From positions 3,028,259-3,092,258 of the forward strand of contig CM082591.2 in NCBI GenBank assembly GCA_040954595.2: DNA of 64,000 nucleotides, read 5' to 3'. Source of the DNA: Balanoglossus misakiensis. Lineage: Eukaryota; Animalia; Hemichordata. How positions within the stretch are numbered: the stretch's first letter is position 1; every line of letters starts with the position of its first letter. A program made the position numbers and the translations under genes. The notes beneath the pieces are model-generated. The model was not told the origin of the DNA and did not search any database. It saw nothing but the letters and a program-made list of their open reading frames with translations. Shown here piece by piece: positions 39,901 to 51,723 of this stretch.

Positions 39901-41288
39901 TTGGAAATCAGATTATGCAAATGAGTGAGAAAATAAACAAAATAGATGAGCGGGTGTTAATTGTAGTTTGTATATTAAGTGCTCAGGAACAGTTATAAAC
40001 TAATGTTGGTGTTACCATGGATACATGTAATACACATATGATATAAACAAAAGATGGCATTTAGTATCTTGTGCTTTTCGGTATCCCAAAATTTTTGATA
40101 AAGTGCAATTTTCACAATTTTGTCATTTTCCTAAGTCAGTCCTTTTCCAGAACGAATGAAAGTTCCTCGTCCACTTAGAGACCCGTTTTGTTTGGGATAC
40201 CGGAAACACGTTTCCCCACCTTGACCCAAATGTGAAATATCGATAAATCAATACAGAAATTAATTATGGATGTGGCGTGGCCTGCACACAATGAACTTAC
40301 CCAGAGTTAGAAATGGCATGCCGATTACAAGATGAGTGAACGGAACACCACAAAGTAACAAGAGACCGAACGACGAGACGACAGCGAGCAGCGCCGACAC
40401 AACGCCAAGGATCGCCAGTACAGGCTTGCTGGCGACCCAGTCCAGCATCATGCACGACATGACGGCGAATGACGTCAGAATGAAAAATGAAATGCCAAGC
40501 AAGTCCATGGTCGAGTAGACGATGTCGACAAAATCGTGATCGAACGTAGACGATATGATGTAATCTATGACTATTTTATTTGATGGTTTCGAGGCTAATT
40601 TTACAAATAATTCTTCCCATCGCCTGCTGATGCTATCGAGTTCATCGGAGCGTAATGAGTACAATAGTGACATAGCTTTGGCTGTTTTGATGGTGTCTGT
40701 CTGATTTTCTAGTTTCACTCCGCCAAGACCACTGCCGATGAAATAGTCTACATTCTGGAAAACAGTGACGGGATAGGATAGCGTCAGAAAATTTATATTT
40801 CTAGCGCTGTAGTCCAATAATTTCAATACAAGATTGGGGTCCACACACTCCGTTTTCCATTTCCCACACAGGTCGTCATACGTGTAGTCAGATATTCCCT
40901 CCAACGTTACCGTCAGATTCATCACCTTTCCATGAAATTGGATAATTTCATCCAAGATGTCTTCCGTCAGTACACTGTCGCCGTCCCTTGCCGTGATCAA
41001 CGCATGTGCATACCTCCCAACCTCCGTTTTGCGATCAGGCAGGAAGCCGCCATCGTAATTTACAGGGAAACGTTTTTCGATCTCTCGCCGATGCGTCTTC
41101 GCTGGGCCGTTCTCCGGGCTGAACAGATACTCGGTGTCGGTGTTCTGTTCAAGGGTGAGCGTGCCGAAGGCGAGAACGACGGACAAGATTATCGGGATGA
41201 CGATAAACGGCAGCGGGTGAGACGCGAGATACCGCCCGTGTCTGGCCAGCAAACGGCTGAGTCGTTTCTCGATGTAAGCGAACGCCAT
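36946..41288 (-). CDS. PTCHD3-like protein, copy 2; join(41288..40301, 38873..36946), ~971 aa
   Basis: Has the same phase-1 intron within LG|VGVDDMF (donor gtaagt at 40300, acceptor tttccag at 38874), plus IGFSVDYSAH and HGLLFLPV. The joined length is 2916 bp and stays in frame. Confidence 0.93.
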
Positions 41289-44166
41289 GTTTGTAAATTG
41301 TAGTGCGGTGTAGTGACAGTTCCCGCCCGACGACCATCGCAGTACTCACGGCGGTTACGGTGTCTCTCCGCCGCGTTGTCGTACGGCAAAACTATGACCT
41401 GCCAACCTCCCTCTACTCAGACCACATGCGAGCAGCCAGCGATGACTGTTACCGGCGTCTGATCGCCAAGCCGATAGCATGTCAACGTTTACACACGATC
41501 ACCCTGAACGCCTCGTGCCAAAGGTCAACCTGTTTAGCATATAACTGGTACACTATACAAAAAAATCAATTTTGGGGAATTGACTGTGCAGTTCACAAAT
41601 TGCTGACCATTTGGGACTGATCTAAAAGCAAACTATTTTAAACGGTTGATATGACAAGCAAAACAGTACATATGGATGAATGTCCGTTTTTCTTGTCGAA
41701 TGCTGTGCTATGAATATTTTAGCATATATTTAAATTAATGAAAGTCAGGCTATGGACTTGGTCAACCATTTTGCCGAGGCAGATTAGGACTAGAAGGAAC
41801 TCAAGAAGTCCAGACAATGTTTCTTGTGATTTTCGGGCTAGAATTAATTAATTAGAATTCGATAAGGTTTTCTCGAGACGCGATGTGAAACCACTGTAAT
41901 ATACAGATAGGCGAACACAAAAGGTTGAAGGAAATGGTTTTAGTCTCGTTTCTGCGGTTTCTTTTTGTTGTATCTGTCTCGATACGGAAACTTGTATGTT
42001 TTTTCTGCAAATAGCCACGGTGAATGCTATTGACTTTACTGATTGTCACTGAATATAGTGGATGTCCGTCTATATTGTGCATCTTTGTTTTAAATGGGTC
42101 GGTTTTAATATACAAAGGGGAATTCAAGTGATAACAGACAAAAACATTTTTTGATACTAGTATACAGTCTGTATATGTGGTTTAATGTTTGAAGCGTTTG
42201 AAATGGAAATTGGACATGCAAAAATCATGGTAGAGCTAATGGTATATATTCCTAACAAACCTTAGGATTAGATTTCTGGTTACAATTATGCAGTAAGGTG
42301 ATTGAAAGTTGTAGTGAAAATAGCAATGTAACTGAAATAATGTGTAAGAGTATTTTTCTGAAGGGTCTTCATTATGATGATGAGATCCAATTTTGGCCAA
42401 AGAAGATGTCACTCTTTGGCAATTTAAGTCCAGAATGAAGGTTAGAATGTTAGAATGCTAAATTTGACGGATTCATATCGTCGCAGTCCCACGTATACCC
42501 TCTGTGTGGACTTAAGGAAGGCTCCCTGCAGCTAGTTCAGCATAGATGACTGACTCTTCTCCCATGATCGCCGTTTCTTCATCTCCCCGATCACGACGAA
42601 CGTCTTTGTGGAAGTCAAGTTCAGCGTAAACTAACCCCTCCACATTTCTGAATCTCCTCTCGTCTCTGTCAACGACAGCGTTTCCCTGGTAACGGGAAAC
42701 GGAGGCAGAGTCGTCCTTGTCAGGTGGCTCTGTTTGGGGAGAACTCCGCTCGCTGCTTCCGTCGCCGTATTCTCTACTTTTGGCATCTTCGGTGTCGGTC
42801 ATTGGAATGAATGTCATCGGAAGTTCTTCAGGTTCTGGAATCATGATGGACAACTCTACATTCACTGCAGACGACAACTCTGAGTTGACTTCCCCGCGCT
42901 TTTCCTCATCCAAATTTCGCAGATCCTCGCACTGATCCATGGTGTCGCCATGACCGGTGTCGTCCATGTTGCCTGCAGCAGCATCGTTCGCTTCTCTTGC
43001 TGCCCATGCACGGTCACCCGCTCTTTCCTTTCGCCTGCGACGTCTCCTGGAGCAGATGCACGCATGAATGGTTATGGCCACCAGACCGAGCACGACCAAA
43101 CCCCCAACAAGCGCCACTATCTCATAAAGTGGGAAATTTGCTGCGATGTTGTCAGCTTTGGATGCCGCTGTCGTGATTGTTTCTACTGTCATGATTGTGT
43201 GTAGATCTCTGGAAGTTTCCCGCACCCTTATCGGTCCAATTCGACACTCTCGTCTGTCCAAAATGATAGCGCCTTTCATCAAGCAAGATATGTAACTCCC
43301 ATTGTCACTTGCCGTCAAATTCCAGATATTGGTCGCACGTCGAAAACCGCCATTATCACTAAAGGTTCCATTCCTCATATCTCCGTTCTTAGTCCAGACA
43401 AAATATACCGGGCCATTGCCACCCTCCGCAAAACACGTCGTTTCAAGAATGTCACCGACTCCATAGAAATCATTCAACGCAGGAGGAAGGCAAGTTGGAT
43501 ATTGTTCGTCTGGGGGATAAAGCACGTCGACTTTTGCTATAGACTTTATGATATCCCCGTTCGACCCGGTGTCATACACGCTGCATTGGAATTCGCCTGT
43601 GCTGACTCTAGTGATGTTCTTCACCCGCAAGTCGAAGACTCCACTCGTTAGATCACCATCCCCAATTTCTACCAAGCCCAGCGAACTGCACTGAGCGGAG
43701 TTGATGATGTTGCGATCTCTGGAAAGCAGAGTCCCGTTATGAAGCCAGGACACCTGGAAGTGGCTTGTGTCCAGGTTTTCTATGCGACATTCCAGCGTCA
43801 TGTTGTGGCCCTCAATGACCGTCTGGTTGGATGGCGTCTGTAGAAAGGATGGTCTCTCAACCACAGTCAGGTACCCGCCTTTGGATTGTACTATGGAACT
43901 GTTGCCGTCATGAACACTGCATTGATAGTGACCACTATCACTTTTCTGAACATTGTGAATTTTTAATACGGACGTGGTTGAATCTGATTGAAAGCTGCTT
44001 GACACTTCATGTTTTTCATCGTCGAAGACAGCACCAGAAGCGTCTTGCAGGACAGAATGTGAAGTAAGGTCGGTTGCTTTCCAGAAAACTGTGTAATTGG
44101 CAGTCAACCCCTCGACAAGACAATTAAAATTAGCTTGCTCGCCTTCAACAACGGTGACATTACTTG

Positions 44167-45097
44167 TAGTCCATGGGCCAGAGACCGAAACCCTCCCCCC
44201 CCCTGAGGATTTTTGCAGATATATATTTTTGGAAAGCCTATTTATCCAGCTGTCAGAATCAGGTTGTTTGCACTCATATTAATGGTGGGTGTGGCCGTGA
44301 GGAGCGGTTGTCATGGTAACGATAGCATAATTTTAGGGGTACTCATACAGTTAAAAAATGATATATTTCAGGATCTGAGAAAGCTAGAGAAAAAATTTAA
44401 ACATTGGGTCTTATAAAGTAGGGGACGGGCTATCCAATGATTACATGACCGACAAGGTCAGAGGTCAAGTTCATCTTCAAAACGCGGGGTCAAAGTAAAA
44501 ATTTCGCTATTTTTTGCACATCGATCATACATAGTTTCGATTTACTGGAAAACGGTTTGCTCGAGGAGGCTGTAAATTGGTCATCAGGTAGCATGGAACA
44601 TTAGGTTTATGAAAAATAAGCTGATTCACGTCTTTGATATTAAGTTATATTAAAATTCTGTTACCATAACGACGGATAGCAGATTTTGCGAAAATCACAA
44701 AAATAAGAATCCTGCTATATCTTTGCTACCAATTAAGCTTTAGATAAAATTTAAACACTCAAACTTATAATGTCGGGTGCGATCTTTTCATTGCTAACTT
44801 GAACTTTGGGCTTCAAGGTCAAGGTCATCCTGAAATTTAAGGTCAAAGTGACAAAACGGACATTATGGACTTTTGTTCAAAATGACACTTTTTTGCAAGC
44901 GTTTACTAAACATTGTTTGGGTCTAGAATGCTATAATTTGATCTCCAGATAGAGATGTGTATTATTTACGAAGATTTTAATTTGTTTTGCTGTTTACATA
45001 TACTTAATATGCAAAACCTGCTGTTTTAATGACAACAAAATGAATGGTAGGAATAGCAAGAGTACTCGTACAGTTCAAATGAGATATTTCAGGTTCT
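44167..45097 (+). repeat. Left terminal inverted repeat (~931 bp near-perfect, degenerate further in)
   Basis: It is the reverse complement of 51724-52654, with the same length and only about 3 mismatches seen by eye. Similarity continues imperfectly to about 45300/51520. Confidence 0.93.
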
Positions 45098-45700
45098 TAG
45101 AATGCTAGAGATAAAATTCAAACATTCAGTCTTATAAAGTAGGGTACGGGCTATCCAATGATTACATGACCGACAAGGTCAGAGGTCAAGTTCATCTTCA
45201 AAACGCGGGGTCAAAGTAAAAATTTCGCTTTTTGGCATATCGATCATACACAGTTTTGATTTACTGGAAAACGGTTTGCTCGAGGAGGCTGTAAATTGGT
45301 CATCAGGTAGCATGGAACATTAGGTTTAAGAAAAATAAGCTGATTCACGTCTTTGGTAGTAATTTATATTAAAATTCTGTTACTATAACGACGGATAAAC
45401 AATTTTTGCAAAAATCACAAACATAAGAATCCTGCTATATCTTTGCTACCAAGTAAGCTTTAGAGAATATTTAAGCACTCAAATTATAATGTCGGGTTCG
45501 AACTTCCAATTGCTTCCTTGAACTTTGGGGTTTAATATCAATGTCATGGTCACGGGGATTCAACAAATAAAAGGAAATAAAAACGCCATAGAGATAATCA
45601 CATTGAAACAATAATATATCCAATGGACCAAAATATATTTACTTTGATATGACTACATGTTAAAAATGCGTTGACCATAAAAATCACCAAACTTCTTGTC

Positions 45701-48700
45701 TTAATCATCTATTGGCTCAAATATGTAATCCGTTAAGTTTTGAAATTCAGGAATTTCCTCGTCATCTTGCACAGTTTCCTGTGACTCATCCATAAGAACT
45801 TCAATAAGTTCCTGTGGCATGAGTTCACCTTCTGACCATTTAAACTGCAGTCTTCCATCTACTATTTCCCAGCCATGTTCATGTGGTGGAGGCGTATTTG
45901 GGACAGCATTGTCTGCCTGATACCACACGAGAGCCTGGTAATTTGCTCTGCGTATATGCATTCTTAGGGAATCTCTGCATGGCGGTAAAATGCTCATATC
46001 TACCCCATCATAACTAGATAACAAAGCATCTGATTTGGCACTGAAACGTTCCATAAATTTACCATATCGCACCATATTAATGTCACTTGTGGCATTGTTT
46101 CCATACATAAGACATGTAAAATGCTCAAGCCTTTCGAAAACATGATCTTCAATTTCAAGTGTTGTGCCAAGCTTCCGGAAAACATCCATGAAATTTGGAT
46201 ATTTTCTGAGAGTCTTCAGAACAGTCAATTTTCCTTTCCTGACAAACGCACTTGTGGTATCGCAACCACTAAATGCATGCAGCGCAGGGAGCACCAGGCA
46301 CATATCTTGCCCAACATCTCGGATAACATTACGCATGTCTATAAGGCGTCGCTTGTTGCCAACTCCCGTGTCAAACAAAACTCTCTGTTTAAGGCCCTGT
46401 GTAAAGGCCAAGAGAAGTATGAACACATCTGTGTCTGGGGACCTTACAATTATTGTGTAATTCTCTGCTGAATTGGCCGCAATATACAAACAGTGAAGGA
46501 TTATCCTCGTATCTGCCTCTTCTTGTGTTGAGTTCAACTCATGAATTTCTGTTGTCATGGTTTCTTTACCATCCTCGCTTGTTAAACTGAAACACCTCTC
46601 CTCGCATACAAATATCACCTTCCTACCGAGAAGCTTTGGTGCATATGTATTACTTTTCCATTGATCTAGTAGAAATTGGACAAGTTGCTGCTTGTTTTTG
46701 TCATTTGACATGAATGACTTCCAGTTTCTAGGGACTTTAGTAAGGGCTCCTTTGATTAAATGTGGTTGTGAGGAACCCCTCCTTTCTCTCTCGATCCCCT
46801 TTATTGACATGGTAAGATAGGAATCTGTCACAAAGTCAACCCTCTGCGCTTTTGGGAGCTGATCAAATACATTTTCTGCAAGCTCTCCGAATGTATTTGG
46901 TAAAGCCATCTGTGCTTGTAAGAGAGCATTGCCATCAACAATGTAGCTTGTGTTTCCTGTGGGCCTTGTAGTAATGTTTAAATCTCCTTCTAATGCATGG
47001 AGTAGTTTTGACTTGTCTGTTTTAACAGGGGACCCATCTGATGTAGCCAGAGCCCATGGCACAGGCCCCAGTGAGAAACTCAGTACTCTCTCCATACTAA
47101 GTTGATGCTCCAGCGCAAGAATGACAAGTTGACCGAAAACATTTCTTTCAGCAGTTATTTCCTTGGATTTTTTGGCCAATCCTGTAACTTTTGCTGATTT
47201 GGCAAGATTAGCAAATGTTTTAAGATTTCTTCTTTTGATCGGTGCATTGAAACTCTTTGTTTTATCAACAAATCGTTCCTGAACAAATGATTCATACGCT
47301 TCTTTACCTATTGTGTTGGCCTGAAGTAGATCATGCTCTACATCCTTTGGAGCAGGTGAACCAGATGATAGGCAGTACAGTACGTCTCTGTTATCAACGT
47401 CAAACGGGTTGATAAAGTTGGATATTGCCTGTACAATTTTGCGGACGTCCTCCTCACTTTTCGCAATCTGTGAGGGCCGCAAGTCTTTGTGTGTTAAAGA
47501 ATCGTCGCTGTCAATATCAACCATCTCCATCGTCGCCTGGTGATAGCTACCTCGAGCATGCCTTGTCATACACCATCTGTAGTATGCTGATTGGTTTCTA
47601 CTGAAACCAACTATACCACTGTGAGATTTTGCATGGCGATTGATTGTTTGCTCAATTGTAATGTCAACAGCATTTCTAGATGATGGAACCTCAGACCGAT
47701 TGACACTAAACCCATATTGTTTCAATAGTTTCTCTGCTCCTGGGTGTGACTCCGATATGTTCAGAACTGTCAGTAAATACACTGTAGCATACCTAGCATA
47801 GTTTTGATGGTCGTAGCTAAAGAACAGACTGCACATATTTTGTAGCGATGCCAAATGAAGATCCAAGTTATTCTCTTTAGTTGCTCTTTGAAATTGTAGA
47901 ATAAGCTCTACATTGTCCATATAGTTTAGCCAAAACTGAGCTGTTTTGCCTAAAATTCCTTGGCGAACTTTGTCTTTAAACTCATAATAGAGCGACATCA
48001 ATTTCTTACAGCTTTCATCATTGAGAGCTTTAGACAGAGTTTCCTTGCACGGATTCTTGGCAAGATCACCTAGTATTTCGCTTGTCTTATCAGAAAACAC
48101 ATCCTCATGCCTCAACTCAAACACTTGAAGTAGTAAACGCTCCATTGCCTCTAGGATAAGCTTATGAACCCGTAAAGCTCTGTTGTAATGTTTACCTGTC
48201 ATTACCTTTTCGATTGATCCACTGGCGCATACTCCTGATTCGATAAGGATTTCCTCAAAACCACTACACCTTATACTCTTCCCAAGGGCGCCCATGTATG
48301 AACAAGTTAGATGAAAGCCACCTAATCTAACTATACAGTCTCCAAAAGCATTTGGATTCTGCCAAACAAGCGCATATGCCTTTTTGGCAACTGCTAAATC
48401 AAACGTCACAATAGTGAATGGTTGACCAACTTCCCTCGAAGCATCTTGAGATGTTTTCAGAACTTCTTGAACTGTTGCATTCTCAGTGATTGGAGAAAAA
48501 ATGGGAGGCATGTAATCAATAGTAGTGACATGATTGCCACCAGCATTATTTCCTGTGACAGACACCCATCCCGCCCATGAAGGGACTCTTTGAGTGGATT
48601 GTTTTAGTGAGGCTCTTGCAAGTATCCATAACATATCAGAATTTTGAGCCGCTGCTATAACCTCAGTATTTTCTAGTTTGGCTGTTGTTATTGTTAGCTG

Positions 48701-50365
48701 AGGTTCCGACTTAGATTTCATAAAACATGGCTGTAACTCCTTTGGTCGTATTATGATAGATCTTTCTTTTGTTTTGGGGACACTGTCTGATACAACATCC
48801 ATTGAACATGTACTACCGCTATGTGTTGACGTTTCTTGTAAAATGATACCATGGGCAGTATGTGTTGTACCAGCACCAGAAGGTGTCTCCTCCCTCATAT
48901 CAAAATTATCCCAACATAGATGTGTCACAACGTTACAGTCTGTCTTAACAGTTGGGGGAACAACCTTGTCTCTCGCATCAATACTTCTACACATAGTAGT
49001 CTCCAACTCAAGAAGGGTAGAATATGACGAACAATGACCAAAACGATGGACCAGTGTTATAATTTCAGCACTTCCTGTAAGATGTCTCAAAGTCATGCCA
49101 AGTAATAAATGCTTTGGCATCATCCATTTTCCACTGGTGACAGCTGCACAAAGATCTTGACCAAAAGACTTAACAAGCCTATTTTGTTTGTTGCTTGAAT
49201 CGCCAATTTTCTTGCCAGTAATTAAATGTGCAAGAAAAGTTTGAAGGTATGCTGGTGGGTCAATTGTGCCACTTTGTAAAAATGCTGATGATGGTGGCCA
49301 TGGCATTTTTTCGGACTCCCTGAGAGAATTTTGGATTACTCTACGCAAAAACAGGGCTGACTCTTCCAATCGCTTTGATTCTGAAGCAGCCATTTCAAAA
49401 GCTGTCTCAACAGCTTGGCCCTTTGGCAGTCCCGATGAAAACACAAGTTCACTTCTATAGTTAGGTTGCCAAAACTTAATCTGATTACCAAAGCGTTTAA
49501 TCAGTTTATCTTTAAGTTTATATGTTTTGTAGTTTGCATTGTAGAATTGTGGGTTATTTTCAAGTATGTGAGACATATATCTTTCTCGAAGCATTGACAA
49601 TCGTTCAACATTCAACCCAGTCACAATGTTTTCGAAGATGTATTGACAGATGTAGTCCAAAGCTTCTTTGTGTGCATTTAGTGCATCAGTGAGTGCAATG
49701 TTGGATTCATCTCGATCAATGTCTCGTGTATAGGATTTTCTACAAGATAAGTGGTAATGGGCTTCCCTGGCTACCAAATCTATTCCAACAACTTTACCAG
49801 TCATTCTCTCATCTTGCTTTCTCTCTACAGCTGCCTTTATTGACTCTTCAGCTGTTTTAGTTTGGCATTTTACTAGTTTTATCTCTTTTCCTCGTATTTT
49901 CATACGATTCCTGTCACAAAAAAGACACTGATCTGGTGGAAGTAATAGACTTGAGGATTTCAGAGACGTTCTGCGCCTTTTGGGGCATGGTGCTTCTTCC
50001 TCAACATTTGCCGGATTCTTACGTTTCAGAAGTCGAGATATATTTGTAAAATTGCTGTAACACCATCTGTGATAGCCATGCGAATGTGAAAGAAATTCGG
50101 GAACCATGGAACAAATGCTGTCTAATCTATCGCTCGCTCTTTCCTGAGATTGTCTTATTTTACAAACTTCTTGAATTTTTTTGAAGCTCCATTCAGACAG
50201 TGGTCTTATTTTCTTGTCGGACTTATTTTGTGTGAAATGCACTATGCATACCAAACTGCGAGTTTGTTTAGTCGATTTGGTTTTCTTACTCATATTTGGA
50301 TTCAATTGCACAGGCATTTCATCTGCGTTTTTCTCTGTCGCCATTGTGTTACATATACCATGCAT
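45701..50365 (-). CDS. Academ transposase: N-terminal Cys/His motifs, DDE domain and C-terminal XPG/FEN1-like (PIN) nuclease, ~1550 aa
   Basis: The ORF is uninterrupted. The candidate DDE triad is WDNFD / VTFDLA / TIEQTINR, with RLGGFHL and GKHYNRALRVH. The XPG-like acidic motifs are IVDGNA, VTDSY..IK.IER.RR, QEEADTRI, SPDTDV and HAFSGCDT, followed by LPPC..RANYQ..W..HGW. The start is 50365 or MATEK at 50344. Confidence 0.9.
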   Translation of the reverse strand: MHGICNTMATEKNADEMPVQLNPNMSKKTKSTKQTRSLVCIVHFTQNKSDKKIRPLSEWSFKKIQEVCKIRQSQERASDRLDSICSMVPEFLSHSHGYHRWCYSNFTNISRLLKRKNPANVEEEAPCPKRRRTSLKSSSLLLPPDQCLFCDRNRMKIRGKEIKLVKCQTKTAEESIKAAVERKQDERMTGKVVGIDLVAREAHYHLSCRKSYTRDIDRDESNIALTDALNAHKEALDYICQYIFENIVTGLNVERLSMLRERYMSHILENNPQFYNANYKTYKLKDKLIKRFGNQIKFWQPNYRSELVFSSGLPKGQAVETAFEMAASESKRLEESALFLRRVIQNSLRESEKMPWPPSSAFLQSGTIDPPAYLQTFLAHLITGKKIGDSSNKQNRLVKSFGQDLCAAVTSGKWMMPKHLLLGMTLRHLTGSAEIITLVHRFGHCSSYSTLLELETTMCRSIDARDKVVPPTVKTDCNVVTHLCWDNFDMREETPSGAGTTHTAHGIILQETSTHSGSTCSMDVVSDSVPKTKERSIIIRPKELQPCFMKSKSEPQLTITTAKLENTEVIAAAQNSDMLWILARASLKQSTQRVPSWAGWVSVTGNNAGGNHVTTIDYMPPIFSPITENATVQEVLKTSQDASREVGQPFTIVTFDLAVAKKAYALVWQNPNAFGDCIVRLGGFHLTCSYMGALGKSIRCSGFEEILIESGVCASGSIEKVMTGKHYNRALRVHKLILEAMERLLLQVFELRHEDVFSDKTSEILGDLAKNPCKETLSKALNDESCKKLMSLYYEFKDKVRQGILGKTAQFWLNYMDNVELILQFQRATKENNLDLHLASLQNMCSLFFSYDHQNYARYATVYLLTVLNISESHPGAEKLLKQYGFSVNRSEVPSSRNAVDITIEQTINRHAKSHSGIVGFSRNQSAYYRWCMTRHARGSYHQATMEMVDIDSDDSLTHKDLRPSQIAKSEEDVRKIVQAISNFINPFDVDNRDVLYCLSSGSPAPKDVEHDLLQANTIGKEAYESFVQERFVDKTKSFNAPIKRRNLKTFANLAKSAKVTGLAKKSKEITAERNVFGQLVILALEHQLSMERVLSFSLGPVPWALATSDGSPVKTDKSKLLHALEGDLNITTRPTGNTSYIVDGNALLQAQMALPNTFGELAENVFDQLPKAQRVDFVTDSYLTMSIKGIERERRGSSQPHLIKGALTKVPRNWKSFMSNDKNKQQLVQFLLDQWKSNTYAPKLLGRKVIFVCEERCFSLTSEDGKETMTTEIHELNSTQEEADTRIILHCLYIAANSAENYTIIVRSPDTDVFILLLAFTQGLKQRVLFDTGVGNKRRLIDMRNVIRDVGQDMCLVLPALHAFSGCDTTSAFVRKGKLTVLKTLRKYPNFMDVFRKLGTTLEIEDHVFERLEHFTCLMYGNNATSDINMVRYGKFMERFSAKSDALLSSYDGVDMSILPPCRDSLRMHIRRANYQALVWYQADNAVPNTPPPHEHGWEIVDGRLQFKWSEGELMPQELIEVLMDESQETVQDDEEIPEFQNLTDYIFEPIDD

Positions 50366-50382
50366 ACAGTAAGAAGACGTAT

Positions 50383-50386
<4 letters not shown>

Positions 50387-50428
<42 letters not shown>
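50387..50428. repeat. (GT)n microsatellite just upstream of the transposase ORF
   Basis: About 21 gt units are directly visible. Confidence 0.95.
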
Positions 50429-50431
<3 letters not shown>

Positions 50432-51723
50432 TGTGCGTGCGTGCGTATGGATTTTAACCTGCTAGGACACAGAAATACTTCTCACTTTGCAATAAGAGAG
50501 ATAATAATATGAAGGAAGACTTTTGCTACTAATATGCCTTGGAATAAGACAGACAGAATGGCACCCCTCGACTGTGACCAGCAATGCTGCACACTGTCAC
50601 TACCTCGGTTGACTATGTCTAGACTGACGAAACGTGTGGTGACCTTGGCTTTTTATAACCTAAGCCACGTGATACAAAGATCAACTGAGATTGGAAAAGA
50701 CAAATATACGGGACCTTCTCATGCAGTCGACGTATCAATTGTAGGATGCACGCAGAGGCAACAATATTGTCACGAAATCTCGGAAAACACTGGGAATACT
50801 TTAAAGGTTCAACACCTAATAAAGCACTCTGGGGGAATTCCAACAGAAATCTGCAGTGTGGTAACGTGAACGAGCTTCCGATGACCACTGTCACTGAAGC
50901 GTTCGACTTGTGCGTGGACAGAACACGCACTTGTAAAGCTGGGCTTGGGCGACAGAACACCCGTCCCGACTCAGACGGACCAAATAAGCAACAACACCGG
51001 AAAAAAAGCTACGTAAACCCACCGATCTAGCAATCCTTCCTCACAGAGGCGTGCTAGGAATGCATAGAAATGGATTTGAACGTAAATAAACGCACAATAG
51101 CGGTAGCCAAGAGATTGGATCAGGAGCACACAAAGCGCAGTGTTACCAACAAGACGGCTAGCTCAGAAGTGACTCAGAAGGAGGGAAGAGTTGTCTATAT
51201 GTGCACAGGACATGTGACCTGGTCTCCGCCCCTCAATGGGTGAGTGACATGCACGGGAACTCTGTACTGTACCTGAAAATCAGGGATATTGCCTATTTTT
51301 CTCAATCACCATCAAACCCCATGAGACCCTCCACACCATTGGGCTACCAAGCGCGCATGTAATGTCAGGTATTTCATTACAATATAAACACACAAAAAGT
51401 TTTGTAACGCGTATCTTTGTGCATTACTATATGTAGCACACGCAACATTTTGAAATTTTCGACCATGCTGTAGTTTGGCAAGGAGGATATACATTTTTAT
51501 CCGTGGCATATATTACTGTTAACCAATTTACAGCATCCTCGAGGAAAATGCCTTCCTGTACATAAAAAAATAGCGAAAATTCTGCAAAAATAGCGAAATA
51601 TTCGCTCTGACGCGATATTTTGAAGATGAACTTGACCTTTGACCTTGTCGGTTATATAATTAATGGATAGCCCGTACCCTACTTTATAATACTGAATGTT
51701 TAAATTTTTTCTCTAGCTTTCTC

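Noticed and set aside
44213-44416. Near-identical 67-aa ORFs at 44213-44416 (+) and 52405-52608 (-)
   Set aside because: They are mirror-image readings of the two TIRs with non-ATG starts, not genes.
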